A stretch of 55,378 nt of DNA from IMG/VR virus record IMGVR_UViG_3300020048_000016; one strand, given 5' to 3'. Origin of the DNA: an uncultured virus (IMG/VR IMGVR_UViG_3300020048_000016) (Duplodnaviria > Heunggongvirae > Uroviricota > Caudoviricetes). Of the stretch, positions 29,637 through 40,146 are shown piece by piece. Under the pieces are notes generated by a model, which did not search any database, was not told the origin of the DNA, and saw only the letters and a program-made list of their open reading frames with translations. The first letter of the stretch is position 1. Every line of letters begins with the position of its first letter. Position numbers and translations under genes: made by a program.

Positions 29637-31055
29637 ATGAAATGGGTTAAAAATTATAAATTGTTCAAAGAATCTAAACAAGATTCAATATATTCTGTTA
29701 AAAACTTAGTGCAAGAGATATGTGTAAGTATGGTATTAATTAACAATGAGTTTCTTGATAATATATTAGACAGAGGTCTTAAAGCTAGATACTCAGAAGA
29801 TTCATCTGTATTTATAACAGATTTAAAAAATCTTCTACTTGCTAAAAATAGATTAAACCTTGGTCGCTTCGAAGGTAATAAATGTATTGTAGATGATGAG
29901 ATATCAAAGATATCAGGTCTTTTCGAAGCAACTGAATTCAGTATAGAAAAAGATTGGGATAAATTATCAAGTGCTAGAACAACTGCTAGAAATATAATTG
30001 ATAAACTTTTAAGTGATGAGAAATTATCTTCTGATAGGATTAGAATGATTTATTGGTTAGGACCAAATATCGACTCAGAACATCAAGAAAATATAGTTAT
30101 TGAATTAAATGACGGTAAACAATATTCTTTATTTTTAAATAAAAACTTAGCAACACAAAAAACCGCAAGTTTTAATACATTCGCAGATGATCTAATTGGA
30201 ACCGATATTCAAAAATTATATAATGATGATTACCTTACACACTGGAATAAACTAACTCAAGAGTGGGTAAAAATTATTTATGAAAATGCAAATAAAGATA
30301 TTCAAAAACATATAGAGAAGTTTATAGATCCTAGAAGAATTGAAACTATGGGTTACTTTGAGTACTTTGATATAAGACACCAAGATCCTAGATATAAACA
30401 TTTAGGTGAATTTATTGATGTGTTTGATAAAAACATTTTGAAATTCTCAGATCTTTTAAATGAGATATGGAAGAAAAAAGATAATTGTTTTATGGATGTA
30501 GAACGAGTAACAGAAGAATGGTTAGAGACTAAGATCGTTATTATGAACTCTAAAATTCTTGAAAATCTTTTAACAACATCTTTAAAAACAAATTTCTCAG
30601 AAGATATTCAAAAAACAGAGAATGAATTAAAATTAGCAAATGGCACTGTTAAAATGAAATTGTTTAAAACTATTGTTGAGAAAATGGGTTGTCTAGAAAG
30701 AAATCTTTACTTCTTAGGTAATAATGGTAATGTATTCAATATGGTTCCATCAAGAGAATTTTTCAGAAAATATTATGAAGATCTAACATTGAAATTTGAT
30801 TACCACGTTAACTTCGTTGTTAATGAAGAAGATGAAGAGAACAATGACTTTATAATAAAAATAATACTTGAACTCGATGGTGAACAATTAATTGAGATGT
30901 TTATAAATGTTAAGTTTGCTGGTGGTGAGATGTCTGGTAAATTAAATGCTAAATATAAATTCGAATTAGCAGATAACTTTAACTATTTAATTTCAAAGAA
31001 ACAATTAAGTGAATTTGAGCCAAATTCAGATGAAGAAGATAATTTAGAAGACTAA
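29637..31055 (+). CDS. Hypothetical protein with N-terminal leader
   Basis: MKWVKNYKLFKES; 472 aa. Confidence 0.7.
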   Translation: MKWVKNYKLFKESKQDSIYSVKNLVQEICVSMVLINNEFLDNILDRGLKARYSEDSSVFITDLKNLLLAKNRLNLGRFEGNKCIVDDEISKISGLFEATEFSIEKDWDKLSSARTTARNIIDKLLSDEKLSSDRIRMIYWLGPNIDSEHQENIVIELNDGKQYSLFLNKNLATQKTASFNTFADDLIGTDIQKLYNDDYLTHWNKLTQEWVKIIYENANKDIQKHIEKFIDPRRIETMGYFEYFDIRHQDPRYKHLGEFIDVFDKNILKFSDLLNEIWKKKDNCFMDVERVTEEWLETKIVIMNSKILENLLTTSLKTNFSEDIQKTENELKLANGTVKMKLFKTIVEKMGCLERNLYFLGNNGNVFNMVPSREFFRKYYEDLTLKFDYHVNFVVNEEDEENNDFIIKIILELDGEQLIEMFINVKFAGGEMSGKLNAKYKFELADNFNYLISKKQLSEFEPNSDEEDNLED

Positions 31056-31654
31056 TGAAATACTTAAAATTATTTGAAAACTTCAATAACGAAGATATAC
31101 TAGATGATATTGAAGAGATTTTAACTGGTTTGAATGCACCATCAACAGGATCATCTAAACCAGAACTATTAAGAAATGAACTAAATGGTAATCTATTATT
31201 TTATAAAGTAGAACATAACTATTCAGAAGATGATCTTAATACTTCAATTTTAAGACTAGAAGATTTAGGTTATTATATACTACACCATTCAATTAATGGA
31301 CCAATACTTTTTAAATCTGATTATTTTAAAGATAAAAATATAAAAGGAGTTTGTCTACAATGGCTTAATGAGAAATTCGGTAAAGGTAAATTGAAAATTG
31401 ATAAAGATCCTAAAGCAATAAACTATGTTAATGATAATGGTGAAAATATAATTAGATTTTACAAAGATAAAGATGATAACTTTCTTATAAATAATGATTT
31501 AGTTTGGTCTCTTTTCAATAAAGGATTTATATTAAGTTATAATACTACACAAGAAATAATATCAACTTGGCTTGAAGAAACATATGAATTAAAAGGTAAA
31601 GCCAATTGTTTTAGTTGGGGCGTAATGGACGAAGATAATTTAGAAGACTAATGA
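31035..31654 (+). repeat. 24-bp direct repeat flanking one gene
   Basis: GAAGATAATTTAGAAGACTAATGA at 31035-31058 and 31631-31654. Confidence 0.9.
31055..31651 (+). CDS. WLEETY paralog family member 1, with leader
   Basis: MKYLKLFENF; shares long identical blocks with the next gene. Confidence 0.75.
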   Translation: MKYLKLFENFNNEDILDDIEEILTGLNAPSTGSSKPELLRNELNGNLLFYKVEHNYSEDDLNTSILRLEDLGYYILHHSINGPILFKSDYFKDKNIKGVCLQWLNEKFGKGKLKIDKDPKAINYVNDNGENIIRFYKDKDDNFLINNDLVWSLFNKGFILSYNTTQEIISTWLEETYELKGKANCFSWGVMDEDNLED

Positions 31655-31679
31655 TGAAATACATAAAAATAAAATTAAT

Positions 31680-32267
31680 ATGAAATACATAAAACTTTTT
31701 GAAAACTTTGATAACATAGAAGATGTGTTAGAAGACATTAAATGGATTCTAGTTGAACTTGATGATAATCCAGAACTATTAAGAAATGAACTAAATGGTA
31801 GTTTATTATTTTATAAAGTTAATCATGATTATACCGTTGAAGAGAATATAACAGCGGAACGTAGACTAAAAGATATAGATTATGAAATTTTAAAAGATAC
31901 TAATTACGGAATGGTACTTATTAAATCTGATTATTTTAAAGATAAAAATATAAAAGAAGTTTGTCTACAATGGCTTAATGAGAAATTTGGTAAATTGAAA
32001 ATTGTTAATGATGATAATAGCGTCTTTTCTAGAAGCTCTATAAACTATGTTGATGATAATGGCGAAATAATAATTAAATTTTATAAACATAGAGATAAAG
32101 ATGATAACTTTTTTATAAATAATGATTTAGTTTGGTCTCTTTTCAACAAAGGATTTACATTAAGTTATAATGATACACAAGAAATATTATCAACTTGGCT
32201 TGAAGAAACATATGAATTAACAGGTATGACACCATTTTCTTGGATTCCACCACCAAATAGAAACTAA
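31680..32267 (+). CDS. WLEETY paralog family member 2, with leader
   Basis: MKYIKLFENF; PELLRNELNG, KSDYFKDKNIK, NNDLVWSLFNKGF, STWLEETYEL shared with member 1. Confidence 0.75.
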   Translation: MKYIKLFENFDNIEDVLEDIKWILVELDDNPELLRNELNGSLLFYKVNHDYTVEENITAERRLKDIDYEILKDTNYGMVLIKSDYFKDKNIKEVCLQWLNEKFGKLKIVNDDNSVFSRSSINYVDDNGEIIIKFYKHRDKDDNFFINNDLVWSLFNKGFTLSYNDTQEILSTWLEETYELTGMTPFSWIPPPNRN

Positions 32268-32303
32268 ACTAATTTATATATAACCGTAAAATTATAAATT
32301 TTT

Positions 32304-35300
32304 ATGGGTATTTGGCCACTATATAGAGAGAACCTTTTACAAGGTCCTTCACACGTTTCATTAGCAATTCCTGGCGTACCTAGCAATATATCTAAATCAG
32401 TCGGTGGTACTCAACCAGCATTACTTTTATTCCCAAATCTAGACTTCCTACAATCTTTTATAAAAGGTAATGTTGGCATAGCAGATGGTGTATTAAAAGG
32501 TGCCTTATTATCAAATATTAATGCACTTGCAGGTAGTGCTACTATACCAAGCGTTCCAAGTGTACCAAATATTCCAAGTGCTACTATACCAAATATTCCA
32601 AGTGCGCCAAATGTTCCAACTGGTAATATTCCAGCTGGTGCAAAAGTACCAGATGCACCAAAAGTACCAGATGTGCCAAATATTCCGAGTCCACCAAACA
32701 TTCCAAAAGTACCTAACTCAACTGAGATGGGACTTAAAATGTTTATAAAGGCAACCGAATTAGATATACCAGATCTAGACAAATATAAAAAGGAGGGTCA
32801 AATAAAAATACCAGCAGCAGATATACAACTACCACCAGAGTATGATTATATCGGACTTAAAGCGATGGAGAAAACCATAATGACTTCTATATTTGAAACA
32901 CAGAAGCCATATATGGATATAGCAAAAGTTATAATATCTTCTATGGTCAAAGTAGAGGATATAATTGCTAGAATTATGCCACTTCTTTCTTTAAATCCAC
33001 TTACATCAAAATCAGAGAAGCCAATCGTAAAAGATGGTAAATCAAATGGTACAAAAGCTATTGGTTATCAAAATGGATTAGAGATAAAGAAAATATTAGC
33101 AGAACTTGAAAAACTATCAAAAATAGGTGGTGCTCTTACCGTCAATAAAGATGGTACAACATCAAAGGATAAAAAATCAAGTAATTCATCAACTGATAAT
33201 CCAAAACCTTCTGATAGCGATGCTGTTGCTCAAGGAAAAGAATGGAGAATAATAAGTACATTTTATTCTACTGGTGACTTCGATCCAACAATTGAATATT
33301 TATACACATATAATATATTACCACCTGATGATGAGGGTGTTAATAATTTAACTACTGAGGTAGTTGAACCGGATAACCCATTCGATAAATATAAACCTAA
33401 GAAAATAATTCTTGGCTTATTTAATTCAGATGGTACACCATTAAATCCAAATGGGTTACTTAAAACTAAAATTGGAGACAAACCAGAAGATATAGTAGAT
33501 TCAAAGTCTAAGAAAGCAGATTGGGTATTTGTTTCACCTAAATGGCATTTTAAACCAAATGAATACATATGGCCATCATTTGGTGGTGATGGAAGTGGCG
33601 AACCTGTTTATTTATGGGAAGATGTTGTTGGTGGTATATTAACAAAGGAAAGTAAAAAATCACCAGGTAATATTTGGAGTATAAAAAAATATAAAAAAGG
33701 TGATAAAAATCAACTTAATAAACTAGATGCTATTGAAGGTGATCCAGTTATTGTAAAGTTTGATGCAAGTGATACAGGTGAATATACAAAATATTTCAAA
33801 GAGTTCACCACACTACAAACTAATATGTCAAAAGATTTAGATCAAGTAGAAAAGGATGCAATTGTAGTTGATATAATGAGTAAACTAGATGTTCAATCTC
33901 ATTTACAAAATGTTTTCTTATATGGCTCTGGTAATAGTTCTTTCTATAAAGCACCTGATATACCAAAAGCAATGAAGAAAGCATTTAAACCATATCAAAT
34001 ATATGTTTCAGAAGCAGCGAAAGATCCTAATCTATCAGGCGATGGATTGATCTGGGTAGATCCAGAAGCAGATTATGAATTTAAAGTTATAAGAGTTGAT
34101 GTTTATCCAGATGCAGAATATAAAAATAATATTGTTAAAAACGATATTCTAAAAACAACTAATTTATTCTCTGATGGATTTTATGGCAATGGAACAAAAG
34201 ATAATCCACAAGAAATAGAAATAATTAAAAGATATTCTCTTACAAATCTTGATGTAGAATCTTATTATATAATAGAAGGAATAGCAGTTGATGATAATAA
34301 AAAAACAGATGGTGGTAAAACAAATGCAAATGCATCAGGAGATGATGGTAATAAATGGTATAGATTACCTCATGCTATAGGTGCTGTAATTCCATTTATA
34401 AAACTTCTTATTGACTTAGCAATTAAATTATTTCCATCAATTGCTAAATTATTGAAACTATTTACAAATCCTATGAGTTTTATAACAGATATAATCTCTG
34501 AAAAAGTAGGAGACGCATTTGCTATATTTTCAAAAGAAGCATTTAAAAAATTCGAAGACACTAAAAAGATAATTGATAAAAAGAAAGATATAATTGATGA
34601 GGGAAGAACATCAGACTACTCAGGACAAATAAAAAAGAATTTCAATACATCACCATTGGTTGGCCATGTTCACGTAGATCAATTCTCTATTTCAAATCCT
34701 GGTAAGTTTAAGTTCTTATTAGATGGTGTTGCAATGATACCATTTGAGATATTTGGTAAAAGTCTTCCATTTGGTATGGAATTGAAAATGGCTAACTTAA
34801 TACCTGACGTACCTAATATAAATGTACCAAAAGTAGATGTACCAAAAGTACCTGATATAAATGTATCTACATCTACATTACCAACTGTTCCTAGTGTTCC
34901 TAGTGTTCCTAATGTCGGTATACCTAGTATAACTTTACCAAAAGTAAAATCACCTCTTAAACTTATACTTGGAAAACCAGGTAAAGCAAAAACAAAAGAT
35001 TGTGATGGATCTAATCAAACACCACCTGCAACTGGTAAATCCAATAGTGATTATCTAAATGCATTAAATAATCCAGCAACTGATAATAATAAAGGCAATG
35101 TAAGTAAAGGAAACGCAAATGATAAATTTGTTACATCAACTTGGTATTCTACAGGAGAGTTTAAAAAAGGCGTTGATTACAATTATTATTACATAACAGA
35201 AGATACCGAATCTATTTTATTAGAAGTAGATGATTTAATAAAACCAAGTGGATCTAGTAGTGAAGATGCTCTACCAGGTGGTACAAATGCAAATGATCCG

Positions 35301-36449
35301 GATAACACAACAGTTCCAATGGAAGATTTACAATTAGCAAAAGAAAAGTTAGCAAATGCTTTGTCAAAAGATCCAACTAATCCATTGTTAAAATTAAAAC
35401 TTTCCGAGGTTAATCAAAAAATATTAGACTCTGCAACATTAACTCAGCCTATATTAAAATTAGCACTTGGTATGGTAGCAACTCCAATAAAAGTTGTTTC
35501 TTGTATCGTTCAGTGGATACTGGATTTCTTTAAAAGTCTTATCAATCCTATGATGTTACCTGCTAAGATAGCCGAACTACTTTCATTTAAATGGATAATG
35601 AAATTTTTCAGTCCACAGGGTCTTCTTAAAACAGCAGGTATAAACTTCAACCCAGCTATTGTACAGGAATGGGTATCACTAGCTAGTATTCCGAATGCTA
35701 ACATACCAGCCAAACCTGAACTTAATACATCTAAATTAAATATACCGAAAGTACCAGATGTGAATATACCGAAAGTACCAGACGTTAATATACCAAGTGT
35801 TCCGAGTGTAACTATACCAAAAGTACCAGGTGTAAATGTTCCTAAAGTAGATATTCCAAGTCTTCCAAAGGTTGATGTTAAAATACCAAAAGTAGATTTA
35901 GGATTTAGTATAAACTCAGGAACTAGTGATATATTAAAGAATATAAAACCACACAATGGTAAATATGCACTACCAGATGATTTTGAGATTGCAGACTTAA
36001 CAAAGTTCTTAGATGTTTCTTTTATGGCAAGTTTACCTACGTATGATGCAAAAACAATAAGAGAGAATCCTAAACTACCTTTTATGTTGTTTGATCCTAT
36101 TCTTTGTTTTATAGAAAAACTTATTAATGCATTCATTGATTTTATATGGTCAACTCTTGGAATTGAAGCAGTAATTCCACCACCACATATAAAACTATGT
36201 AAAACAAAAGACGCAAAAGAGGTAAACAAATTACAGAACGGTGAGTCACCAAAAGTTCCAAGTGATACAGCACCTGATGATACTACTGAAATAGATAGCA
36301 CTATGCCTTATCAAGATAAAAAAGCATCTGATGCATTTGTTTATGAAGTACAACTTCCAGATGGTAAAATAGTAACACTTAAGAATGATGAGGAATTACA
36401 AAACTATTTAGATCAAAATAGAGATCTTGGATTTGATTTACAATTTTAA
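32304..36449 (+). CDS. Large protein (1381 aa) with three Pro-rich repeat tracts
   Basis: PxVP/PxIP tracts; duplicated ST(F/W)YSTG(D/E)F..Y.Y motif; TTATATATA upstream. Confidence 0.75.
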   Translation: MGIWPLYRENLLQGPSHVSLAIPGVPSNISKSVGGTQPALLLFPNLDFLQSFIKGNVGIADGVLKGALLSNINALAGSATIPSVPSVPNIPSATIPNIPSAPNVPTGNIPAGAKVPDAPKVPDVPNIPSPPNIPKVPNSTEMGLKMFIKATELDIPDLDKYKKEGQIKIPAADIQLPPEYDYIGLKAMEKTIMTSIFETQKPYMDIAKVIISSMVKVEDIIARIMPLLSLNPLTSKSEKPIVKDGKSNGTKAIGYQNGLEIKKILAELEKLSKIGGALTVNKDGTTSKDKKSSNSSTDNPKPSDSDAVAQGKEWRIISTFYSTGDFDPTIEYLYTYNILPPDDEGVNNLTTEVVEPDNPFDKYKPKKIILGLFNSDGTPLNPNGLLKTKIGDKPEDIVDSKSKKADWVFVSPKWHFKPNEYIWPSFGGDGSGEPVYLWEDVVGGILTKESKKSPGNIWSIKKYKKGDKNQLNKLDAIEGDPVIVKFDASDTGEYTKYFKEFTTLQTNMSKDLDQVEKDAIVVDIMSKLDVQSHLQNVFLYGSGNSSFYKAPDIPKAMKKAFKPYQIYVSEAAKDPNLSGDGLIWVDPEADYEFKVIRVDVYPDAEYKNNIVKNDILKTTNLFSDGFYGNGTKDNPQEIEIIKRYSLTNLDVESYYIIEGIAVDDNKKTDGGKTNANASGDDGNKWYRLPHAIGAVIPFIKLLIDLAIKLFPSIAKLLKLFTNPMSFITDIISEKVGDAFAIFSKEAFKKFEDTKKIIDKKKDIIDEGRTSDYSGQIKKNFNTSPLVGHVHVDQFSISNPGKFKFLLDGVAMIPFEIFGKSLPFGMELKMANLIPDVPNINVPKVDVPKVPDINVSTSTLPTVPSVPSVPNVGIPSITLPKVKSPLKLILGKPGKAKTKDCDGSNQTPPATGKSNSDYLNALNNPATDNNKGNVSKGNANDKFVTSTWYSTGEFKKGVDYNYYYITEDTESILLEVDDLIKPSGSSSEDALPGGTNANDPDNTTVPMEDLQLAKEKLANALSKDPTNPLLKLKLSEVNQKILDSATLTQPILKLALGMVATPIKVVSCIVQWILDFFKSLINPMMLPAKIAELLSFKWIMKFFSPQGLLKTAGINFNPAIVQEWVSLASIPNANIPAKPELNTSKLNIPKVPDVNIPKVPDVNIPSVPSVTIPKVPGVNVPKVDIPSLPKVDVKIPKVDLGFSINSGTSDILKNIKPHNGKYALPDDFEIADLTKFLDVSFMASLPTYDAKTIRENPKLPFMLFDPILCFIEKLINAFIDFIWSTLGIEAVIPPPHIKLCKTKDAKEVNKLQNGESPKVPSDTAPDDTTEIDSTMPYQDKKASDAFVYEVQLPDGKIVTLKNDEELQNYLDQNRDLGFDLQF

Positions 36450-36457
36450 TAAACATT

Positions 36458-36467
36458 NNNNNNNNNN
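36458..36467. other. Scaffold gap (10 N)
   Basis: N run. Confidence 1.
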
Positions 36468-36514
36468 ACATTTTAAATAAATAAAATATAATACTAAACT
36501 AATAAATTTTAATT

Positions 36515-36745
36515 ATGGCAGGTAATACTAAACACAGAAAAGATCACAAAAAGAAACTTGAAGCTAGAAAAAACAGATTAGCACAAGAAAAAGCACAGGC
36601 TCAAAAATACCAAAAAGAATTCATTATGAATTTAATTAAACAAGAGCAAGAAAAAGGAATGTTTGAGAATAACCCAACTATTAATGGACCTATCATCGAT
36701 GGACCAATGATTGATAGCACCGTTATTGAAGGACCTTCTATATAA
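36515..36745 (+). CDS. Small basic hypothetical protein
   Basis: K/R-rich N-terminus; I(N/D/E)GP repeats at the C-terminus. Confidence 0.65.
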   Translation: MAGNTKHRKDHKKKLEARKNRLAQEKAQAQKYQKEFIMNLIKQEQEKGMFENNPTINGPIIDGPMIDSTVIEGPSI

Positions 36746-36767
36746 TAACTAATTAGTTATCTTCAAG

Positions 36768-36798
36768 AGTCTTAACCTTTTTGGTTAGGACTTTTTTT
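36768..36798 (+). terminator. Rho-independent terminator
   Basis: AGTCTTAACC-TTTTT-GGTTAGGACT followed by a T-tract. Confidence 0.75.
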
Positions 36799-36973
36799 AT
36801 TACACAGTCTAAGAATTTACCAGCCAAAAACGTTTTTTTACAACGAGGCTTTTCCATTTTGCACTTTATAAAGTACCAATTAGCCAAAAGTATATCATCT
36901 AGTTCATCTTTACTCATATTAAAAGGAAACTTTTTATAAAGTTATATATAAAATCTAAAAATCATTTTTTACT

Positions 36974-38656
36974 ATGACAAAAAAAATATCAACCGCGCTC
37001 ATCTCAGTTTATGATAAAACTGGATTAGAAGAAGTGGTAACCAGATTAGTTGACCTAGGTGTAACTATATACTCTACAGGAGGAACTTATGACTTCATAA
37101 AAAATTTAAACCAACCGGTAGTATCAGTTGACTCATTAACAGAATTTCCTGAGATATTAGGTGGTCGTGTTAAAACATTACATCCAAAAGTGTTTGGTGG
37201 TATTTTGAATCAGAGAGACTCTAAGAGCGATCAAAAAGAGATCAAGAAGCATAAGATACCAGAAATTGATTTGGTTATCGTAGATCTTTACCCATTCGCT
37301 GACACCGTTAATGATGAAACAAAAAATCACGAAGATATAATTGAAAAAATTGATATTGGTGGTATTTCTTTATTAAGAGCAGCAGGTAAAAATTACAATG
37401 ATGTTATAGTCATAGCAAGTAAAGATCAATATCCACTTTTATTAGAAGTAATTAAAGAAGGTACTTCCGAACTAGAAGAAAGAGAAGAGTTCGCTATAGA
37501 TGCATTTAATATAACATCAAACTATGATGCTGAGATATTTAAATATTTATTAGATGGTAACCTTGAAATACCAGAAGGTATGGGTCAATTCGGTATGCAA
37601 CAAGGCCAATCAGGTCTTTCAATAAATGTATCAAAAGATGATCACAACTTAAATGATTTCCTTTTATGCTGGGAGAAGTTTGGACAAAGACCAAATAGAA
37701 TTTTAATTCACAATACATATTCTTCTAAGTTATTCAACAAAGCAATTAATGATTTAATTTTAGATAAAAATGTTTTCACAGAAGTAATTCCTGATAGTGA
37801 AGAACTTATTATAAATGATAAGATGTTTGTTAAGTTAGATGAAGATTGTTATTTATCTTATATCGTTGCTGACAGAAATATGGATAACTCATTCATTGAT
37901 TCTATAACATTCTATTACAATAATGGTTATGATAAAGTTCAAGACTTTGTTGAATTATTAAACGAATGTGTTCTTGACTTCTGTGAAGATGATTCTAATA
38001 AATTAAACACTATTGGTTTATCTCAAAATGGTTTAGAATTGGAACCAGTTAACTTTCACAACATCGATTTAGAAAACATTGAAATGTTCTACAATGAACA
38101 AACATTCAAATCAGTTGAGAAAGCAATAAAGAAAATAAAGAAAGCAGATAAAGGATTGACCGTATTATATGGTGATAGAGGAACTGGTAAAACTTCAATA
38201 ATTAATCACTTAGCAACTAAGTTGGATAGAATTATAATGTTCATTCCTAATAATATGATCGAACACACTATAAATAATCCAGATTTTAGAAGATTTATTA
38301 AAAAATATGAGAGACCTATTATTGTTTTAGATGATTGTGAAATGTTATTTAACGAGATGTATAAATCAAATCCAATTTCAAATAACTTACTACAAATGGT
38401 TGATGGGTTTTTATCAGATACGATGAATGTAAATATAATTGCTTTATTCAATACAGATAACGAAGATGATATAGATGAATCATTATTAGATTGTAATAAT
38501 TTAATCGATGTGATAGAATTTGAGTTGTTATCTACCGAAGAGAGTAATGAACTTGCCAAACATTTAGAAAGTAATAAAAAATATAAAAACAAAAACAGAG
38601 TTATAGATATAATAAAGAAAAGATCTAGTAACGAAGCAAGTAAAATTGGATTTTAA
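36974..38656 (+). CDS. PurH IMP-cyclohydrolase (MGS-like) domain fused to a C-terminal AAA ATPase
   Basis: ALISVYDKTG, STGGT, GGRVKTLHP, DLYPF, IDIGG, RAAGKN in the first ~190 aa; GDRGTGKT and IIVLDDCE later; no transformylase domain. Confidence 0.85.
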   Translation: MTKKISTALISVYDKTGLEEVVTRLVDLGVTIYSTGGTYDFIKNLNQPVVSVDSLTEFPEILGGRVKTLHPKVFGGILNQRDSKSDQKEIKKHKIPEIDLVIVDLYPFADTVNDETKNHEDIIEKIDIGGISLLRAAGKNYNDVIVIASKDQYPLLLEVIKEGTSELEEREEFAIDAFNITSNYDAEIFKYLLDGNLEIPEGMGQFGMQQGQSGLSINVSKDDHNLNDFLLCWEKFGQRPNRILIHNTYSSKLFNKAINDLILDKNVFTEVIPDSEELIINDKMFVKLDEDCYLSYIVADRNMDNSFIDSITFYYNNGYDKVQDFVELLNECVLDFCEDDSNKLNTIGLSQNGLELEPVNFHNIDLENIEMFYNEQTFKSVEKAIKKIKKADKGLTVLYGDRGTGKTSIINHLATKLDRIIMFIPNNMIEHTINNPDFRRFIKKYERPIIVLDDCEMLFNEMYKSNPISNNLLQMVDGFLSDTMNVNIIALFNTDNEDDIDESLLDCNNLIDVIEFELLSTEESNELAKHLESNKKYKNKNRVIDIIKKRSSNEASKIGF

Positions 38657-38681
38657 TAACACTAAAAATAATATATAGAAA

Positions 38682-39014
38682 ATGATATCAGAACTTAACG
38701 ACGATGAGATATTAGATCTCTTGATGACTTCTGAGTTTGACGGTGACTTATCACCAAAAGAACTTAAATACCTTTTATATAAATATAGGTATTTTTACAG
38801 ACTATTACACGGAAGATTAGAAAGAATTAAAACTGATAACGAAGGAGTTATAGAAGATTTAAATATTAAAATTGGATCACTTAATAATTCAATTACCAAT
38901 CTTCAAGTTGAAAACACAAATAAAGAGAATACAATACACGGATTAGAAAATAGAAAACTTACCTGGAAAGAAAGATGGACAGGAAAAATTATAACAAATA
39001 AAGATGAAAATTAA
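38682..39014 (+). CDS. Coiled-coil hypothetical protein
   Basis: Heptad pattern; ends RKLTWKERWTGK. Confidence 0.65.
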   Translation: MISELNDDEILDLLMTSEFDGDLSPKELKYLLYKYRYFYRLLHGRLERIKTDNEGVIEDLNIKIGSLNNSITNLQVENTNKENTIHGLENRKLTWKERWTGKIITNKDEN

Positions 39015-40146
39015 AGAGTTCGATAAACTTGACAAAAAAATTAATGGACAAAATTTCCATGAAAGCTACAGAACAATAAATGTAGTTATGACCATATTAT
39101 CATATTTCGGTCACATAGCTTCCATATTCCTAGCTTTCTTTATGCTATCAAAAGTACTTTTTGGTGTTATGGAAAGTAAACCAGTAGTATATGTAGTAAC
39201 AATTATAATGTTATCAGCAATAGAATTACTTAAGAGAGATATATTTGGAAAATTCGCAAAACTTTATTTAAAGTTAAGATCATTTACAAAAGATGTTTTA
39301 CCTTTATTCTTTTTAAGTATTGCTATAATCGGTATATCTTTTTACTCATCGCTAAAAGGTGCATCTGAATATTCATCAAAAGGTGATAAGATAGAAGCAG
39401 ATTCAAAAGAAATTCTTAAAAAGAATATCGATAGTTTATCTAAACCATATGAGTTAAAAATAACTTTAAAAGAAAAAGAGGTTGCTAGTTTAGAATCTGA
39501 TTTAAATGGTCTTAGATCACAACAAAGACAATTAAATGATCTTGCACTTTCTGGTTCATTAACACCAGCACAGAAGAAACTTCTTTCTAGTTTACCTAAA
39601 CAAATAAAAGAAATAGAGTTACAGAATAAACCAACGATTGATGCTAAGAACGCTGAGATAGATGCAATTAAATCTGATTTAGAAAAGGAAATAAAAAAAT
39701 ATGAGACTTCACATAATTCCGAGACAGACAAAAAGAAAAGCGATAATTCTAAGAATTCTATTGCATTCATAATATTCTCTACTCTTATCGAGATTGCTAT
39801 ATTAGCAGGTGTTTACTTCAATGACTATTACGATGTTAGATCACATAGAGAAAAGAAAGCTCAGATTGAAAAAGATCCCGGTTTTCAAAAATGGAAACTT
39901 TATAGTCAAATATTATCAATGATATACACAGAAGATACTAAGATGAATCAAAAACTACCATCCGGCAAAAGTATAATTGATATGTGTAAGACAAATGATA
40001 TAATAATTCTTAATAAAGATTTAACAGACTTCCTAAAAACAATGGCAACTCTTGGAGTTATTAAAGTTTCTGGTAGTACAAGATACATAAGCAAAGCGAG
40101 AGAACTTTCGTTTGAAGCTCTAAACAAACATTTCAATATTGATTAA
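39004..40146 (+). CDS. Membrane protein with long coiled coil
   Basis: Three N-terminal TM segments, coiled coil, a further TM segment. Confidence 0.7.
   Translation: MKIKEFDKLDKKINGQNFHESYRTINVVMTILSYFGHIASIFLAFFMLSKVLFGVMESKPVVYVVTIIMLSAIELLKRDIFGKFAKLYLKLRSFTKDVLPLFFLSIAIIGISFYSSLKGASEYSSKGDKIEADSKEILKKNIDSLSKPYELKITLKEKEVASLESDLNGLRSQQRQLNDLALSGSLTPAQKKLLSSLPKQIKEIELQNKPTIDAKNAEIDAIKSDLEKEIKKYETSHNSETDKKKSDNSKNSIAFIIFSTLIEIAILAGVYFNDYYDVRSHREKKAQIEKDPGFQKWKLYSQILSMIYTEDTKMNQKLPSGKSIIDMCKTNDIIILNKDLTDFLKTMATLGVIKVSGSTRYISKARELSFEALNKHFNID

Noticed and set aside
29637..31055. Restriction-endonuclease-like fold in the 472-aa protein
   Set aside because: Only a vague ENIVIE..SL pattern without clear catalytic D and K; not supportable.
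35510..36301. Long antisense ORFs (also 32411-32782, 38206-38592, 39342-39770, 40240-40842 and similar)
   Set aside because: Shadows of real genes on the opposite strand or of low-complexity repeats; no independent signals.
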